A stretch of DNA of 64,000 bases, from assembly GCA_002633005.1 (NCBI GenBank), contig NMRA01000483.1:51964-115963 (forward strand), written 5' to 3'. Position 1 is the stretch's first letter; each line of letters starts with the position of its first letter. The notes below the pieces were generated by a model. The model searched no databases and was not told the origin of the DNA. It saw only the letters and a list, made by a program, of their open reading frames with translations. Positions 35,438 through 50,700 of this stretch are shown piece after piece. The position numbers and the translations under genes are program-made. The stretch comes from Phoronis australis. Taxonomy: Eukaryota > Animalia > Phoronida.

Positions 35438-36550
35438 TAAGGTAACTCTCAAAAGTGTTCTTGTTTAAATATTCGCGCATCTACTAAACTCGTCTGATTC
35501 ATGGTCTATTGTTTATTATTATATGGTAATTTTCAACGGAATTGATGATGCTTTAGTGAACTTTTATTTAGACTGAAATTCAGAAAAGACTATTCTCCAG
35601 TGTCAGCCACTAGGAAGTTGAGTACCCTGACGACGTATTCAGAAGTAACTACACAGGTAGTGTATCAGGAACCTCAAAACCTCACTCGTTGAAAGTGTAC
35701 CTCTCATTTCTACTCTCGGAAATAGACGAAAACGGTAACCAATGTTTCCGACACGATATTCCATCTACTCATTCCGAAGAGATGTCGTTTCTCCCCGCAT
35801 TTCTCCGGATTTCATAGTCCGCGGTAGACGTTTCTTACGCTACTCCTATAACCCGTCGTGTTTTGAACTTCATGAAAAGATACCTTCTAAAAGTCAAAAG
35901 CATGATGACCTAGCTCGTAACGTCCTTAGGTCTAAAACATGACTCCTCCCGAAATTTTGTTTCAGTATGGGTACCCAAGTTTACGCCAGCTCCCTCCACA
36001 GGGTTTGTGCCCCACACTTCCCCACTAAAGCAAACCTTTCTTGGATTAGAAAAGTTTGAAGTCATGTTGCAAACGAGTATAAGCGCATTGTAAGACATAT
36101 GTATGGACTCAGCGATGAGGAATTAGTAAGATCATCTGCGTTTTCATAACATAAGACATGTCCGAACGGTAAGTGAGGGCATATTTGTGTGTCTATAACT
36201 AAGGTCATGCTACTTTGAGATATTCTTCAAGCTGCAGTTGTATGTATAGACAATTTTTGAATGTGAAAACAAAAAATGTTAATGGATGACCGCATTAGCA
36301 CTAAAGACATACATTGTAGGAACACGTAACTCCTATCAGACAGTGTTATACCCGGTACCACACCACGGTACTTATTGGACACCCTTTGGTAATACATTCG
36401 ACACAAAACTTCGTTTTAATTGAATCGTTGATTTTTTAAGAAAATGTTTCTTTTTGTATTTTGGTCTTTATTTACAACAGATCCAAAACATGAAAGGGTC
36501 TCACCGAATTAGTTTTTCCGCTAGCTGCCTAAATTGAGGGAGGGAAAACT

Positions 36551-36747
36551 CATGCGCCCACCTAGCCTTTTTTGGTAACAAAAAGCGGGCGGACTAAAAA
36601 AAACGGGGCACTGTGAATTGCGCGTTAGTGGACTTTTGTCTCATTTTCTCAGACTTTTTTTTTCTCAGAGGTGGACCTTTTTGCTCACTTCGCCAAATGG
36701 GGGGGGGGCTCATTCGAGCCCCCCGAGCCGATCTGGGTGCGCGCATG
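36551..36747 (+). mobile_element. CATGCGC(G/C)CACC-TIR MITE, 5-bp TSD
   Basis: CATGCGCCCACC...GGTGCGCGCATG flanked by AAACT on both sides. Confidence 0.8.
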
Positions 36748-39700
36748 AAACTTACTTTTCTTGAGGAGAAGTTATGTGACCGGGAGCAGTGCAATAGACG
36801 TAATTGTTTGACATTACAGGAAGTAAACGAAACTATGGGTAAGGATGGAAGGAATATTCACAGCTATTAAACTTAAATATTCAACTTCAATCGTTGGAAC
36901 ATTTACAGACCCTCACGAATGCGCAAGGGAACTTTGAAACGTTTGCACCCTGAATTCTCAAGAGTTATAATAAGCAGTAAAGAATTTCCCGTTAATGGAG
37001 ACTTCAATTTCAATTTGTTATACGTTGGAGAAAATGTTAAAGAGGTAGTTTTTACTTTACGTCAAGTTTACACACGTTTTCTGAAAATTCAGTTCCCTAC
37101 TCATTTTAACGAAGTAAAGTCACTGCCTTGATTTCAGAGGATGACTGGCAGTAAACAACAAATTGGCGATTTGTAACAAAATCCCAAAAACATAACTGAT
37201 TTTGTTGTTTTATAGCTTTGGCATAAAGCTAATAATTTAAGAACTCTATCCAATCCAACAACAATCCCGGAAATGCGTTTTTCGGTTGTAAAACCGGAAA
37301 GTCTGTCCCTTAAATGAACTACATCTATGTAAATTTGATAACAAGCACGGCATTGTTGCGCACGTGTTCGGCTTTAAAATAACCACGCCGAAATTTCTTA
37401 ACTTTTACTTTGAAATATCCGTGTTCTATTGCCTACTCCCAATTTGTACCATCAAGACTTCCTGGGTGTAAATCCAGACAAACCGTACAGTAGATACATA
37501 TTACAACTGGGTAAACATTCAAAACTTCGAAAGCTCATAAAATCAGCCATTTGTTCTTTTAAGAGCAATTAAAAGTGTTAACTTAAAAGTGTTGACTGGT
37601 GCATTAGCTGAGTCAATTGACTGTTGCAGGGTTAAACCTCCCACTTCGAACCTCTAAATTCACCTTGTAAGACAATGAGCGCGTATTCATACCAGTATAC
37701 TAAAAGGCTATTATGTCACATCGGAGGTGCTAATAGTGCAATAGTAGATTATATTTAGACGAAATCAGCATAACATATGTTCAGTGGTCTGCAACATTGG
37801 TGTAATTCTTGAAATGTACTAAAGGGTATGTCTGATATTCACCACGCTCAGAAATTTTGGAAAACCCTCCCGGATACCCATGTCACCTCAATATTAATTT
37901 TTTATAGCCTCGATGTCAGTTTGAAGGATTCTCGTCTGTCACTGGTTTCGGTGTATTTAAGTCATTCCGTTGAAGTTTGCCACGGGTGGGTAATGCCTTC
38001 GCCCAGACAAAACACTCTGAAATCACGAAAATATTTGCAAAACAATATTGTACTTCCATGCTGTCATTTCTCAAATTAGATAAGGGCTTGAACTGTGTAT
38101 TGGTATTTGTCAATTCCAAGTAAATTAAAAACATGCTTGTAGATTTTGGTTGATTTCCAGTATTGGGACAATCCCTATTTACTGAATTTTTGTTTACTAC
38201 TGTATGTGATCTTACCAAATAGAAAATCAACACTAGGCCATGTTTTAGACAAGGTTTCAATTTTCTATGATATATTTTGCGTAAGTGGACTCAAAAAGCT
38301 CAACAAGTGATAATCTTGTGCCCATTATAAAAAAATGAATGTGTTTGAACTCTGAAATCGGTATACTTCACAAGGCTGACTTCAAAATCTAGCTTTTGCT
38401 TTGCATGTCAATCAGTGCGAACGCCAACTTATCACAACTGACACTGCAAACTTGTTTCTCAACTCAAAACCCGATAAATCGCAAATATATCAGATGTATA
38501 TGAAATACACTTGTTGCTTAACAGGGAAAGGTTGTTCTCAAGCTCAGAGACCATTCCGATGAAGTCATTAGCCGACCGAAGGAAGGCAAAACGAAGGAGC
38601 CCACCAGACAGCGCTGCCGTCTCTGAGCGGTGAGCGCAACTCAGAGGTGGTGACCATTCCACTGGGCGGGAAGCGTTACGGAAAGTTATGCAACACACTG
38701 ACTACACCGCCTAAGTCGCGTTGCCACAAATACATTTCGTGCCTAGGAATACACCGTTGGAATGCGTCAGTGTCATTAAATCTTTCCAAATTGAACAAAT
38801 AATTTGCACAGGTAAACGAGTAGCAACCCTGTAAGAGTTTTGAGCTCCACTTTAGGCCAAGCCGGGCAATTCAGAGGTTGTTGTACGTCAACCAGTGTCG
38901 CCGTCCGCCCTTGATATCCATTCGGTCAAAAGTTGATCTAAGCTCCTATCGTGTAATACAGAGCATTAGTGATGTATGCAGGGCAATAAGACACTGGCCG
39001 AAATAAATTGAAACTGGTTATTTTTTACGTGTTTGGCTTCTGAAATTGAATTCATCGTGAAAGGTTAGTGCAGAACCCTTCTTTCGCGGAGGAAATACGA
39101 TAAAAATAGCCAAAAAGCATCGCTGGGTTTTTGATTTCTTGACAACAGTTTTTAAAGTCGTGCTTACGTTAATGTATACATTCAGCGGGGTAAATAGTTG
39201 GCGTTTGCCTCGTAACATCGGACAAAAGAATGAACCTGGCGCATAACAAAAGAAAGATTGATGCCAGGCCTCTAAAAACCGGTGTCGTCTGATATACGGC
39301 CTAAACGGAGGCAAGATGTAATGAGCCAACACTCGGTGCATCTCCATTGTAGGGCGTAATTAGTGATTGGCTCACTCCCGAGGCCATGGAAGTCGACTTC
39401 GATGTGAATACGAACTTTACTTGCGGTAGACATGTGTAGTGATACAATCACAACAAAAATGGCTCACTTATTTCGATGACTACAGGAAAAGTATTGATTG
39501 CTGGGGTATTTGTTAGAGCTCTAGTGAAAGTATATAAAGACACCAACCGCCACCAAAGGTGTCCATTTAAACTCGAAAAGTACAAATAATAACATGACTT
39601 CGTAAGTTTAGCCTTGGTAAATCGTAACTTGCAGAAAATCTTTCTCAAATTCGGTGAAACTTATTTATTAAAGAGACTCTTCTTTCGCCCCCAGTAGGAC

Positions 39701-39816
39701 CGGCCCTTCACCAGCTATGGCGCGAAAGGCCTTCTCGTGCCAACCTGTCTAAGGAGAGGGTTGCGAACAAATGAAAAAAGGAGAGAAATGGAAATAGTTT
39801 AAGATAATGTGTCGTT

Positions 39817-39902
39817 TGGCCAATTTGTCTTCATACCTTAGGAAGGGCCGCTCCCATTGGCCCATTTGTCTTCATACCTTAGGAAGGGCCGGTCCTATTG
39901 GG
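39817..39902. repeat. 41-bp tandem duplication
   Basis: TTGGCC(A/C)ATTTGTCTTCATACCTTAGGAAGGGCCG occurs twice in tandem. Confidence 0.85.
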
Positions 39903-41748
39903 CTCGAAGGCTAATGTCTTTCATAAATATTTTTACCAGATTTTAAAAAGTTTTACCAGCTTTTACATTGGCTAATTTTATCTGGTCTCGATACAAGTCA
40001 TTTTCAGGAAATCTTCCGGCTCACGGGATTGATTAAAATGTGGCACCGACACTAAACGTCGATGAATGGTTGAGTGTGGCAAAAATTCCCAAGAGAATTG
40101 GAATACATAACAAACTAGACAAGAATTAGAAACGGATATTGTGATTTCCAAAGGTCTCTGCAATTCAAATTCATGCATTTTGCTGAGGATAAACAAGTGA
40201 CAATGCTCCTAAATTACCTGTGGATCGCTTCCGAGTGCATTGTGGTACCCCACTTTAATGAATGGAAAAGGTAGTAAAAAAGCAATGACACACAGGGATG
40301 TAATTTACGAAACGTTTATATTGTAGTGGTATTTTCCAAGTGACAATTCATTCTGTGTTATGAATTGCTAAAATCAAAGGAAAAGGTCGCAGAATGAAAA
40401 TGACACAGAAACGCTTACTTCGTAACATAAGCCACGAGCCACTTAATGCTCACACAAAACTGTTATGCAAACTTTTAAAGTTTACTTTGTTTGTGAAGAA
40501 ATACAACACTTTGTCTGCTTCAAACTTATTTATAAATTATCATCGGGACTGGACCACTGCTGTCTCCCGTCTTTGAAGTGTTTATTTGGTAATAATTACT
40601 CAAGCTACATTTGCTTACTACCTCTGCTCATATGAGCCACTAATACAAAATGTTAACAAGATTTTATTACAAAGTTAGATTTGGAAACTTATGCATTACA
40701 GCGATTCTCTGACTCGGTTATTGTCTTTGCCGTTTCACATTTTTTCAAAACCTCATACCTGCTGACAGTTGAATGAACTATCGCTACTTTTCCTATCTCT
40801 AATAAAAATAGATTATACATTTAGACTTTACATTGAGTGGCACTTTGCTTAAGGGTAGTTTTATGTAATTACTCTTTCGTAATGTTTTATACTAATTTTA
40901 TCTTTAGCATTGTTTTGTGTTGTTTTTAAAAGTGGGTTTAGTACACGGGGCTCCCGAAGGGTTATTTCTTATTTTCCCGGCTTAGATGAGCAATGAGAAA
41001 GGTTTGGGATTCCTTTGCCTTAAATTACAATCCGTTTGTAGGATTTAACTGAAGTAAAATGTTCATGCGAGCTGGGTTTTAATAAACAAAACGTGTAACA
41101 ATGAGTATCTAGAATAGTTTGTACTGTACGATTTATAAAGAAGATAGAGATAGTGATTTACAAAATGTAGCTTCACATTGTTCTCAAATCTTTCATTGTT
41201 GACCATCAATTTGCAAACTTATCCTGTTCTAAATAAATGTGTTTCTGGGAACAGTAATACAGTAGCCTTTATTAGGCGGTCTAGAAATCTCTTAAATATG
41301 CCCCTTTATTTATACTTGTGCGTGATCTACACTGACCGCGGGTGTGACCATCAAAAGGGTGTTAAGGGCTTGACTCACTCTGGCAGGACGCACTCTGGTA
41401 CAACAGGCTTATTTTGTTTTTGCCACATCGTTTTGGTTGGGGAATTAGGTTTGTGGGTATTTCATCACGAATACGGGACATATTTCCGATTGCCCAGTTG
41501 ACGAGAAATTGCGATCGTTTGGTTTTTGAACGTGACACAGGCGAAACGGCTCCGGCCCCACCAACGTTGTTTGCTCAGTACTCAAACAAGAGCCTGAAAA
41601 CAATTTTTTGCACAAACAACGACATAAGCGGCGTATCACGGAGTAAGTCACTTGGTGACCTACTTTCAGTGCCGAACGTTCGTACGTATTTAATTTGATC
41701 AATCCTAGCGTTGATAGTGGCTTTCCCGCGGTATTACGCACCTTAAAA

Positions 41749-44700
41749 ATGTCGGAGCAAAAAGTGACAGACGGCTGCACTAACAAAGACGATGATCTTT
41801 TCAAGGTGGACGAACATGATGTTTCGCACGAGCAGCCGGAGGCGCCAAAGTTTGAACACACAGTGCTCATTGCTGTCGACGCGTCGGAGCATTCCGAACG
41901 TGCTTTTCAAGGTGAGTGACCCAGTAAGTCTTTTTGCAAGATCAATCGTTAAGCTAACTAAGCTATTAAGCTTAAGGCCCAGCCTGGTAAAATTTCATGC
42001 TGCGTAGGGCGAAACTGATGGTGGCAACCGAGGGAGGAGAGAGGTCAGTTCTGCTATATACCTGAAGGAGTCTAAAATCAAGTGTAATGGCGACTGGGGT
42101 AGAGCAACATGTGTTGGGATATCTGTGTGGTTTTTTGGTAACTCGGGGGTAGCTCAAATTACCGCTCCGAATCCCGAGAAACCTTTTATAATCCCGCACT
42201 GACATATATCATTGTCGACGAGAATTGTGAATTTCAGAGAACAGCCACAACGCGGAATCTAATCCACAGCCTCAAAGAAGTTCGATAATTTTGTGATGGT
42301 AGCACTTAGTTTCCGTTACCAACAAGAGCACCTGTGTCATGACAATGAGACGTTTCAGTGTTTAATATGGGGTTAGCTAAGTTTCAAATTAAGACTTAAA
42401 TAGTAGCGCACATACATTTTTGAGTTGAGTTGCCGTCTCATTCTGGACCATTTCAGGATGGGACAAATGTGGTAATGTTTTAAGTTTATACAGGATCTTA
42501 TCGAAATATTTGCAAAACAGTCGAAATTAACTCTGTAAAAGTTTATGCTTTCAAAAAATAGAAAGCCTGTAGACTTTTATACCATTCTGAAATTAACTGG
42601 GTCATTTTTGGGGACCATGTCTATTTTGTAAATAGCAAAATGAAAAGTACATTCATAGCAAAATAACGATATTAATGTCATGACCGAAATTCGTTTGATG
42701 TGGGTGATCAAGATGAGAGCTTTCGTGTTTTTTTAATAAAAATCATACTATGTTTTCATAGAAAAGCGGAACATTTTAAAAGCAATTCCTAGCACGTTTT
42801 GGAGAATAGTACACAAAGCATAGACTTGGTTTATGGCAGTTCATCTGAATCTAATCAGCCATCTCTTATACATGAAGATTTTAAAAAGCTTAAGAATATT
42901 CTGACAGGTTATCAGTAAGTTGCCCGTGAGCTTCAAACTTTAGAGCCTTTACGATGCATGGGACACAAAACAGTCACTGCGATGTTTTAATTACCAAAAG
43001 ACTGCGTATCGGATTTGTTTTGTGTTGCATTGTATTATACGTGTATAACTGCTGTGTACTGTTGAATTGTGTTTTGGAAGTAAATTCAATCACTGCTCGA
43101 ATACAACTTAGTATACGTATATCACTGTTGCCGAGCTACTTTTGTTAAAATAAAAGTGTGTAGCGCCTAAAAGTTGTTGACTTGTTTTTGGTGGAGTGTT
43201 TGCTCCAGAAAATGCCTCCGGTTTTGTACAGCTTGGCTTGTTAAGACGAGAATGGCATTTGTGCTGTACGAAGCTGAAAGTAGCATTTACACTCGGATTC
43301 ACCTTAGCGCTTCACTCAGTCGGTTGGGGATGAGGGTGTATTTTTGAAGGAGTTTAAACAACGAACTTTAGACATTGGTGGTCAGCAGTGACATGAGGAA
43401 TGGTTGAATGTCAGCAAATTAGATATTTACACATTATGCAAACATTTATTTATGGAAAAGTGTGTCACTAATGTAAAAACTAAATAATATCTAAAGGCTT
43501 TATCAAGATTTAAATGCTCTAATCATAACTTGCAAATAGAAAGAGGAAGACACATGAAAATTCCTGGAAAGAATAGATTAATGTACTTTTTATCTACACG
43601 CTGACTGCGCATATCATTTTAATTCGATTTAAGAGCATCTCTCAAGATATATAGCGTGATCTGTGACACAACAGAAAATGCCATGCTGAAGTGTGCTAAT
43701 TTAAATTTAAATTAGCTTAATATTTATTATCAGCTGGTAATAGTAAAGACGGTGTAGATGAGTATTCTATTTTTTTTCTGGGTTTGTTATTATTTCTTTG
43801 TATGTTCTGTGTATCCTTCAATAAATATATATCACTTAAAGTATTCTATTTTTAATGTACTGTATAATCGTGTAATGTGCCGGTGGCCTTGGGTACAACA
43901 AAGAAATAAACTATCAAAAAACTTATTGGCGATTTCCGGTACAAATGCGGGTTAAATCAGAGCAGTGTTATATTTCTGATAATCGGTAAATATCTATGTG
44001 AAAGTTCAAATTGATTCGACAAAGCCATGCGCCCAAAGTTTCCATAAACCTAGATAATGAGTAAGACTGCCAATGTGACCTTGAAGCGAAATGTGGGGAT
44101 CGGCATCTGCAATGACAAAATCGCGAAGTAATAATCGATGTCAATACATTGCTTTCAAACAACAATAACATACACATACTTTATCTATCCAAACTCGGTA
44201 GCCAGGACTAAAAGCTCATTTTTCTTGTTTGTGGTTTTCTGGTGAGATCGATAAGAACTTCAACAGTTTTTTTCACCCTATAGGGACGCGCCCATCAGGC
44301 TACTCATACCTTGTCAACCGCCACATGCAATCACGAGGAAATAGTGCGCTTACACATGAACTTTGCAGTAGTTTTAAAGGACATTCTCATGTTTACGGCC
44401 GAAAAACGAATTTTGGGTGGTATTGTTGAACAGGATGAACTTTTTGTAGTTATTATCTTTGATCACAGCTATTAAACAATAGAATGTGTTGAGTTTTTGT
44501 GATTTTATTACAAATTAGCAATTCTCACCGATGTCTGTCAAAAACTTGCTGAGATCAAATACTTTTAAAGATACCCTTTCTTTCACATTCACCAAAGTTA
44601 GAACACAGCATGATTTTCGTCAGTCGAAAAATATCACCAAATATAAGTTTCGCAACTTTTTGTCCTGTTTGTCTTTGCGTTTGGAGCTGTGTTGAATGGA

Positions 44701-47700
44701 CATTATTTGGTGGTGTATATTCGAGTGAAATAACTATAATAAAGCGGAAAGAGAATCCTTAAAATATGTGATTTAGATCTGCTAGTCGAGCGTTTGACTG
44801 TGCGATCGCAGTTTCTGGCAAGTTCGAATACGCACAGAGGCTCAGAAAATCACCGTTCTTGCCAATGTCATAAAATTCGTGGATTTGCACAAGTCTGGTT
44901 TCACATTTGTGGCCTGACTAGACCTTGCTTTTTTGTTCACATTTCTTGAGCGAGATTACGCGTGCTTATCCCCGACGGGTTGGCGACTAGAGTGACTATT
45001 GTGTTGGGACATGCGTGTGGTCTTGACTTCACTTATTTTACTTTTGTGATTGTCCGAAGAAATTCAATTTCTACTAAATTAGACTTGCTGTTACTGCGCG
45101 CTTTCTACGAATGAACTATATTCGGAATTTGGCTCAGTCAAGACGGTGTTTTCGCATGTTTATGAACAGTCCGTTGTCGCTTACACGACAAAAGGCACGG
45201 ATCAGCTGACACGGAACGAGATATCGGGCGCAAGTATGTGTGTAAACAGCACTGATACGGAGCAAATTGACACTACGGTGACAGCTTTTGTCACTCGCTT
45301 GTGAAGAAGACCAAGTTGCGCCCAACCATCTTGCTCCGTACCTATACGTTTGACCAAAAACTTGCGCTTGCGCAATAACGTACATACAGGTTACAATTTT
45401 CGCACAATTTCTAAGAATTGCCAGTCAGCCGTTCAGTGCCTTGTTTTTTAACTTTAATCTTGATAATCTTTTAATAGGTCTTCGCCAACTTGTTCAAATG
45501 CAATACCGAAGATAATTGAGATTCGGTAGACCAAAAAGCCTCATTTCAATCTAGGAGGTCCCGATCATTATCCAGTCCGGCGAACTGTAGATAGTTGGAC
45601 GAAACTGTCCTTTGTACTCGCGACTCACAGACCGGGCGTGCGTTCAGTAACGCTAGGACCTATGCTAGGACATAGCTAAAATCTAGCCAAAGTCACGTGC
45701 TCTCATTTGAAATACACGTCAGTTTCTCGCGTTATCTCACGAAGTCTTGCTTTTTAGCGATGTCCTTGCCTTACTGAACGGGAGACGGGTGAACTGCCTT
45801 TTACATGCCCGTACATGTGGGGGGAGGTACGCAATCGTCAATGTAAACTACTACCCACCTCACATAAAAACCCAAACGCAACGTTAGCGTGTTTTTATTA
45901 TGCATTGGCCAAAACAATCGATTGCAAAAGGTGAACGAAAGTGAACAAAAAAAAACAAAACAAACAAATTTTTGTGGATGTGGCTAGCGGCAGTGTTCAA
46001 AGTAGTTTCTTGCGCTGTGGCTTTTCGACTGTCATTAATGCTGTCTTCACATTCACGTTTTTTTCACGCGGAGTCCTTTCGTATCGCCAAATCGTAAGCA
46101 TCCGTAAATAACTTGTCACAATACGCAACAACTCGCAGACACTCGTAAAGATCCGTGAATGGTGAGGCAATTTTTGACATGTCAAAAATCTTCCAGCTAT
46201 CGTCCATGGATTGATTTATCCGTAATTAACACGCAAGGGATCACAAACCGCTCGCAACTAGACGTAATCATTTGAAAACTGCTCGTAAGAATCCGTAATG
46301 ACTTGTAAATTTAACAATTTATATTTGTTACAAATAGTTCACGATTTGTTTACGGACAGATAATATTTCATTTTCCGTGAAAAGTATTTTTAGTAAAAAA
46401 GGGCATTACGAAGGTAATTGAAAACGTGCAGATAATTTGATTTGGCTTGTTAAATTAAGGAGAACCCAAATGCCGGTGGGGGGGGGGGTGTTCGCACCGG
46501 CGCACCTCCCCTGGGTACGGGCATGAGATTTTTGGACATCCAAAAGAAGCACACGCAGTCTCGGCAAAGTGAATGGATTTTCTAAAAATGGACCACGTGC
46601 ACTGATTTCCGTCTTCATTAATTATGTGTATGCGTATTATTCACTGTACGTTTTTTTGAATCGTTCTACTGGTCACGCATGCTGTCGCTTCATGGCTTAA
46701 GCCCATTGGGCAACGGTGTAGCTGTGGGGAAACGTTCTTCCCTCACTTTTTTAAGTCAGGGAACTCTCCTATGGGCAAAGTTGAATTTCCCATTATTTTG
46801 TCTAAAGTTCAGTAAATTTCTCATTAAAATATTTTGTTTCCATGAAAGTAGCGTACTACTGAGTAACGATATTTCGATCTTTGGTTCTTTGTGTTCAGTG
46901 TCCTAGGATTAAATCACAGTTCACGTCAGTTGAGTTGTTTTCAGCGATAGACGAAACCAGACTAATTTATCAGTGACTGATAACAAAACCCTGTAACCTT
47001 CATTTCATGATTCGACTGAATGATAAATCTAGGTCCAGGGTCCAATCTTTGTATTCGAAATCGAACTGAANGCACTGATTTCCGTCTTCATTAATTATGT
47101 GTATGCGTATTATTCACTGTACGTTTTTTTTGAATCGTTCTACTGGTCACGCATGCTGTCGCTTCATGGCTTAAGCCCATTGGGCAACGGTGTAGCTGTG
47201 GGGAAACGTTCTTCCCTCACTTTTTAAGTAAGGGAACTCTCCCATAGGCAAAGTTGAATTTCCCATTATTTTGTCTAAAGTTCAGTAAATTTCTCATTAA
47301 AATATTTTGTTTCCATGAAAGTAGCGTACTACTGAGTAACGATATTTCGATCTTTGGTTCTTTGTGTTCAGTGTCCTAGGATTAAATCACAGTTCACGTC
47401 AGTTGAGTTGTTTTCAGCGATAGACGAAACCAGACTAATTTATCAGTGACTGATAACAAAACCCTGTAACCTTCATTTCATGATTCGACTGAATGATAAA
47501 TCTAGGTCCAGGGTCCAATCTTTGTATTCGAAATCGAACTGAATCGAAATAATTTTTGACATTTCTATTCTACTTTAATACTATCTCAAGTTAAATATTT
47601 TTTATTCTGTGCTCGAGTAAATTATGGTTTTCGTGGATCACTAACTAACACTAGTTTGCACTTGATTACCGCAGCATTGAAGCTAAAAATTCGAGTCTGA

Positions 47701-50700
47701 ACTCTAAATTTCGAGTTTTTACTCTTCGGAATTTCTAGTTTTTACTCTTCGGATTTTCTAGTTTAAATATATGGGGGTCATCGAGTACGAACTTGGACTA
47801 GAAATTTTATCAGTCTGCGTGAGCGACAAAGTAGTCGACCCCAGAGTATAACATACGCTGGATTATCTTGAGTTCGTATTAAAGCAGAACGGAAAACGTC
47901 AAAATAGTTTCGAGATTGGATATCATACCCCTGGCCCAGGACACGTGGTGACCTAACCTTTTGGTCGACATCTGGAGGGAAGGGATCGATTAGTGCACGA
48001 ACTTTTTAATGGAGATAACATGTCACTCCGGGCATATCGAACTTGCTGAAACGCAATTTGGAGAAGGAGCTAATGAACCAGCCAGAAGCCCTCTAACTTG
48101 AGTTTTTATTTATCTCAATTAAAGATGCTATGTCTTATTAAATTGTGAATGTGCAAATGAAGTACTAGTTTACAAACAACCCGGGGTCTTCCGGAAACCA
48201 TCCGAGAACGAGTAACCATTCCAATCTCTCGAAAGTCTCGTTTTGCGAGTCTATTTTTATGTAAATGAGAATGGTAATATGTCATTGTTACCCTAAAGAA
48301 ACAAGGCACAATTGTTATTATTTGTTTATTTCACTACCACATAACGATTACGTAATATGTGGAATTACAGGTGTTTTCTATTTGTTCATGCCTGTTTTCA
48401 GTGTATCAGTTGTGGTATTTTCTTTAAAACCACAATATATTTACAAACTGTTTCTTTCCTTATATACTTTTACACAGTTCTCCAGGAAGTCAAACAGTGG
48501 CGCTTGCTACAAATTTAAATATTCACGGTTTTAATGAGACAGAGCATCTTTAAGTTAACTATTGCGATGTCAGTTGCAGTGCTAGTCGCCAAGGCAAAAA
48601 TATTCACAAGCTGAGTGGGAGCTCAGAACTGTGTTAGCGGCCCAACCATAGACATCATTTTTAGATTTCTAAATGAGTCTAATCCTATTATGCATTTACT
48701 AACCTGCTAAAGAAGAATATTGGATTTGGAATGTGTGCAGGCAAACACGATATTCACTGGAGAAGAGAAGAGGAATGTTACATAATTTCAGAAAGCGACA
48801 AAAAGGATTAGGTTCTTCCGTTTTTTAGAAATTGAATACACACGCATGTGCTATCTTCATACCCATTTTCATGTTTACATTCCAGCGTATGCAGAAAAGA
48901 TGCATAGACCTGGGAACAGGGTTATTGTTCTCAATGTTGTGGTACCGGTGTGTGTTAGTCCAGTGACAGGATTCGGAGGTAGGTACTTGTCGGCCTAATC
49001 ATATATGACAAGGATCCGACATTATACACGTGTATTTGTTTGGACTCCGCTATCGGAAAAACATCATTGGGCAGTCACCAATGCTTTTCAATGTCATACG
49101 AAATATATAAATCGTGTTCCTTCCCATACGAAAAATTCCAATAAGATTTCCAACTGAACTTGAATTCCAATAGGATATTCTATGGGATGTCCTACAGGAT
49201 CCAATAGGAAATTCTATTGGATTTTGGTCCAATATCATAGGATCCTATAGAAAATCCTACAGGATTTCCTATAGGATCCTGTAGGACATCCCATAGAATA
49301 TATGGTGCTTGATTTTTATATAAGTCTTATAAGAATTCCTATAGGATTTCCTATAGGGTATCCTAAAGGATTTCAATAGGATTTCCTACAGGATCCAATA
49401 GGAAATTCTATTGGATTTTGGCCCAATATCATAGGATCCTATAGAAAATCCTACAGGATTTCCTATTGGATCCTATAGGAAATCCTATTGAAATCCTTTA
49501 GGATACCCTATAGGAAATCCTATAGGAATTCTTATAAGACTTGTATAAAAATCAAGCACCATATATGGGATTCTTGAGAATGTTGAAATTGGATCGCCCA
49601 TGCGCAGATTTACAAATGACGAGAGTTTCAGAGACAAAGAACCCGTACGTAGGCCATTAGGCAAGCGCAGTAGAGATGATATCCTTTCCGCTTTGTTCCA
49701 GTTTCGCGTTTAGACATGTAATTGACACGGAGCAAGTTGTTCGGGAGCAAATTGCTCTACCTCACAAACGGGTGGCAAAATTTGTCACCGCGGCGTCAGT
49801 TTGCTCCCTGTCAGTTCGTTTACGCACTGGAACAACTCGTTCCGTGTCAGCTGATCCGTGTCAACTTTGTAAGTCTAAACGGAACTTCTGAGTCGTCCCT
49901 CATAGTCAGGTTATAGTTGTGTTTATCTCTGTGCGTTGAAGTAATTTGTAGTTTGATTACAGAGTAACACCCTACTGCTGTTTTGTGATAACGTACAACC
50001 ATACACATTGCATGTCTAATTTAGGTGAATATTTTTACACATTATCTAAGACCTATGAAAAATAATAAATGCTTTGTTTGGTTCAGTAATCTTTGGTAAT
50101 CTGGCGTGTTAACTTTTCTTTTTAAAGCTTCCACTATGTGGCGTTTTGACAACTGGGGAGCCGAGAGCGAGCAGGCATGGAAACAGGCTCACGATAAACA
50201 TTTCGAGGCGTCGAAAAAGCTTCAGTTGGAATATGCTGAGAAAATGAAGCAGCGAGGTGTACGTTTTTGCTTCCTTGTTAACTGCGGAATTTTGTCAGGT
50301 CCACTACCGTAGTATATGCACTTGATTGAAAGATCAGATCTGTGACAACCGTTCGGCTTACACCATGTCCTATAGTCACTTGATCGCTGCCAGCGAAGAC
50401 GATGAAGTGCACCCTACGTAATGTACTACTCACCGATAAATACATGGATAATTGATAACGATAGTTTTTCGACATAGGCCTGGTGATACGGTTTCGCAAA
50501 ATCCTTGATATGAAGTGCGATTGCTTAAGTTGAGAAATGCCAAATCCTCTTTTAACACCACTGAAGCAACAAATAATTTTGAGCGACTTATTGTGATGCT
50601 CTATCTGTTTATCTTCGACAAGCAACACAGCGTGCAACCGCAAAATATTAGCAGTTTTGATGGTTTATTCAGTCATTAAAACCATTTCTATTTTTCAGCT

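Noticed and set aside
46599-47543. Recent biological tandem duplication in the USP intron
   Set aside because: The junction coincides with a single N and the copies differ at allele-like levels, so it is most likely an unmerged contig overlap.
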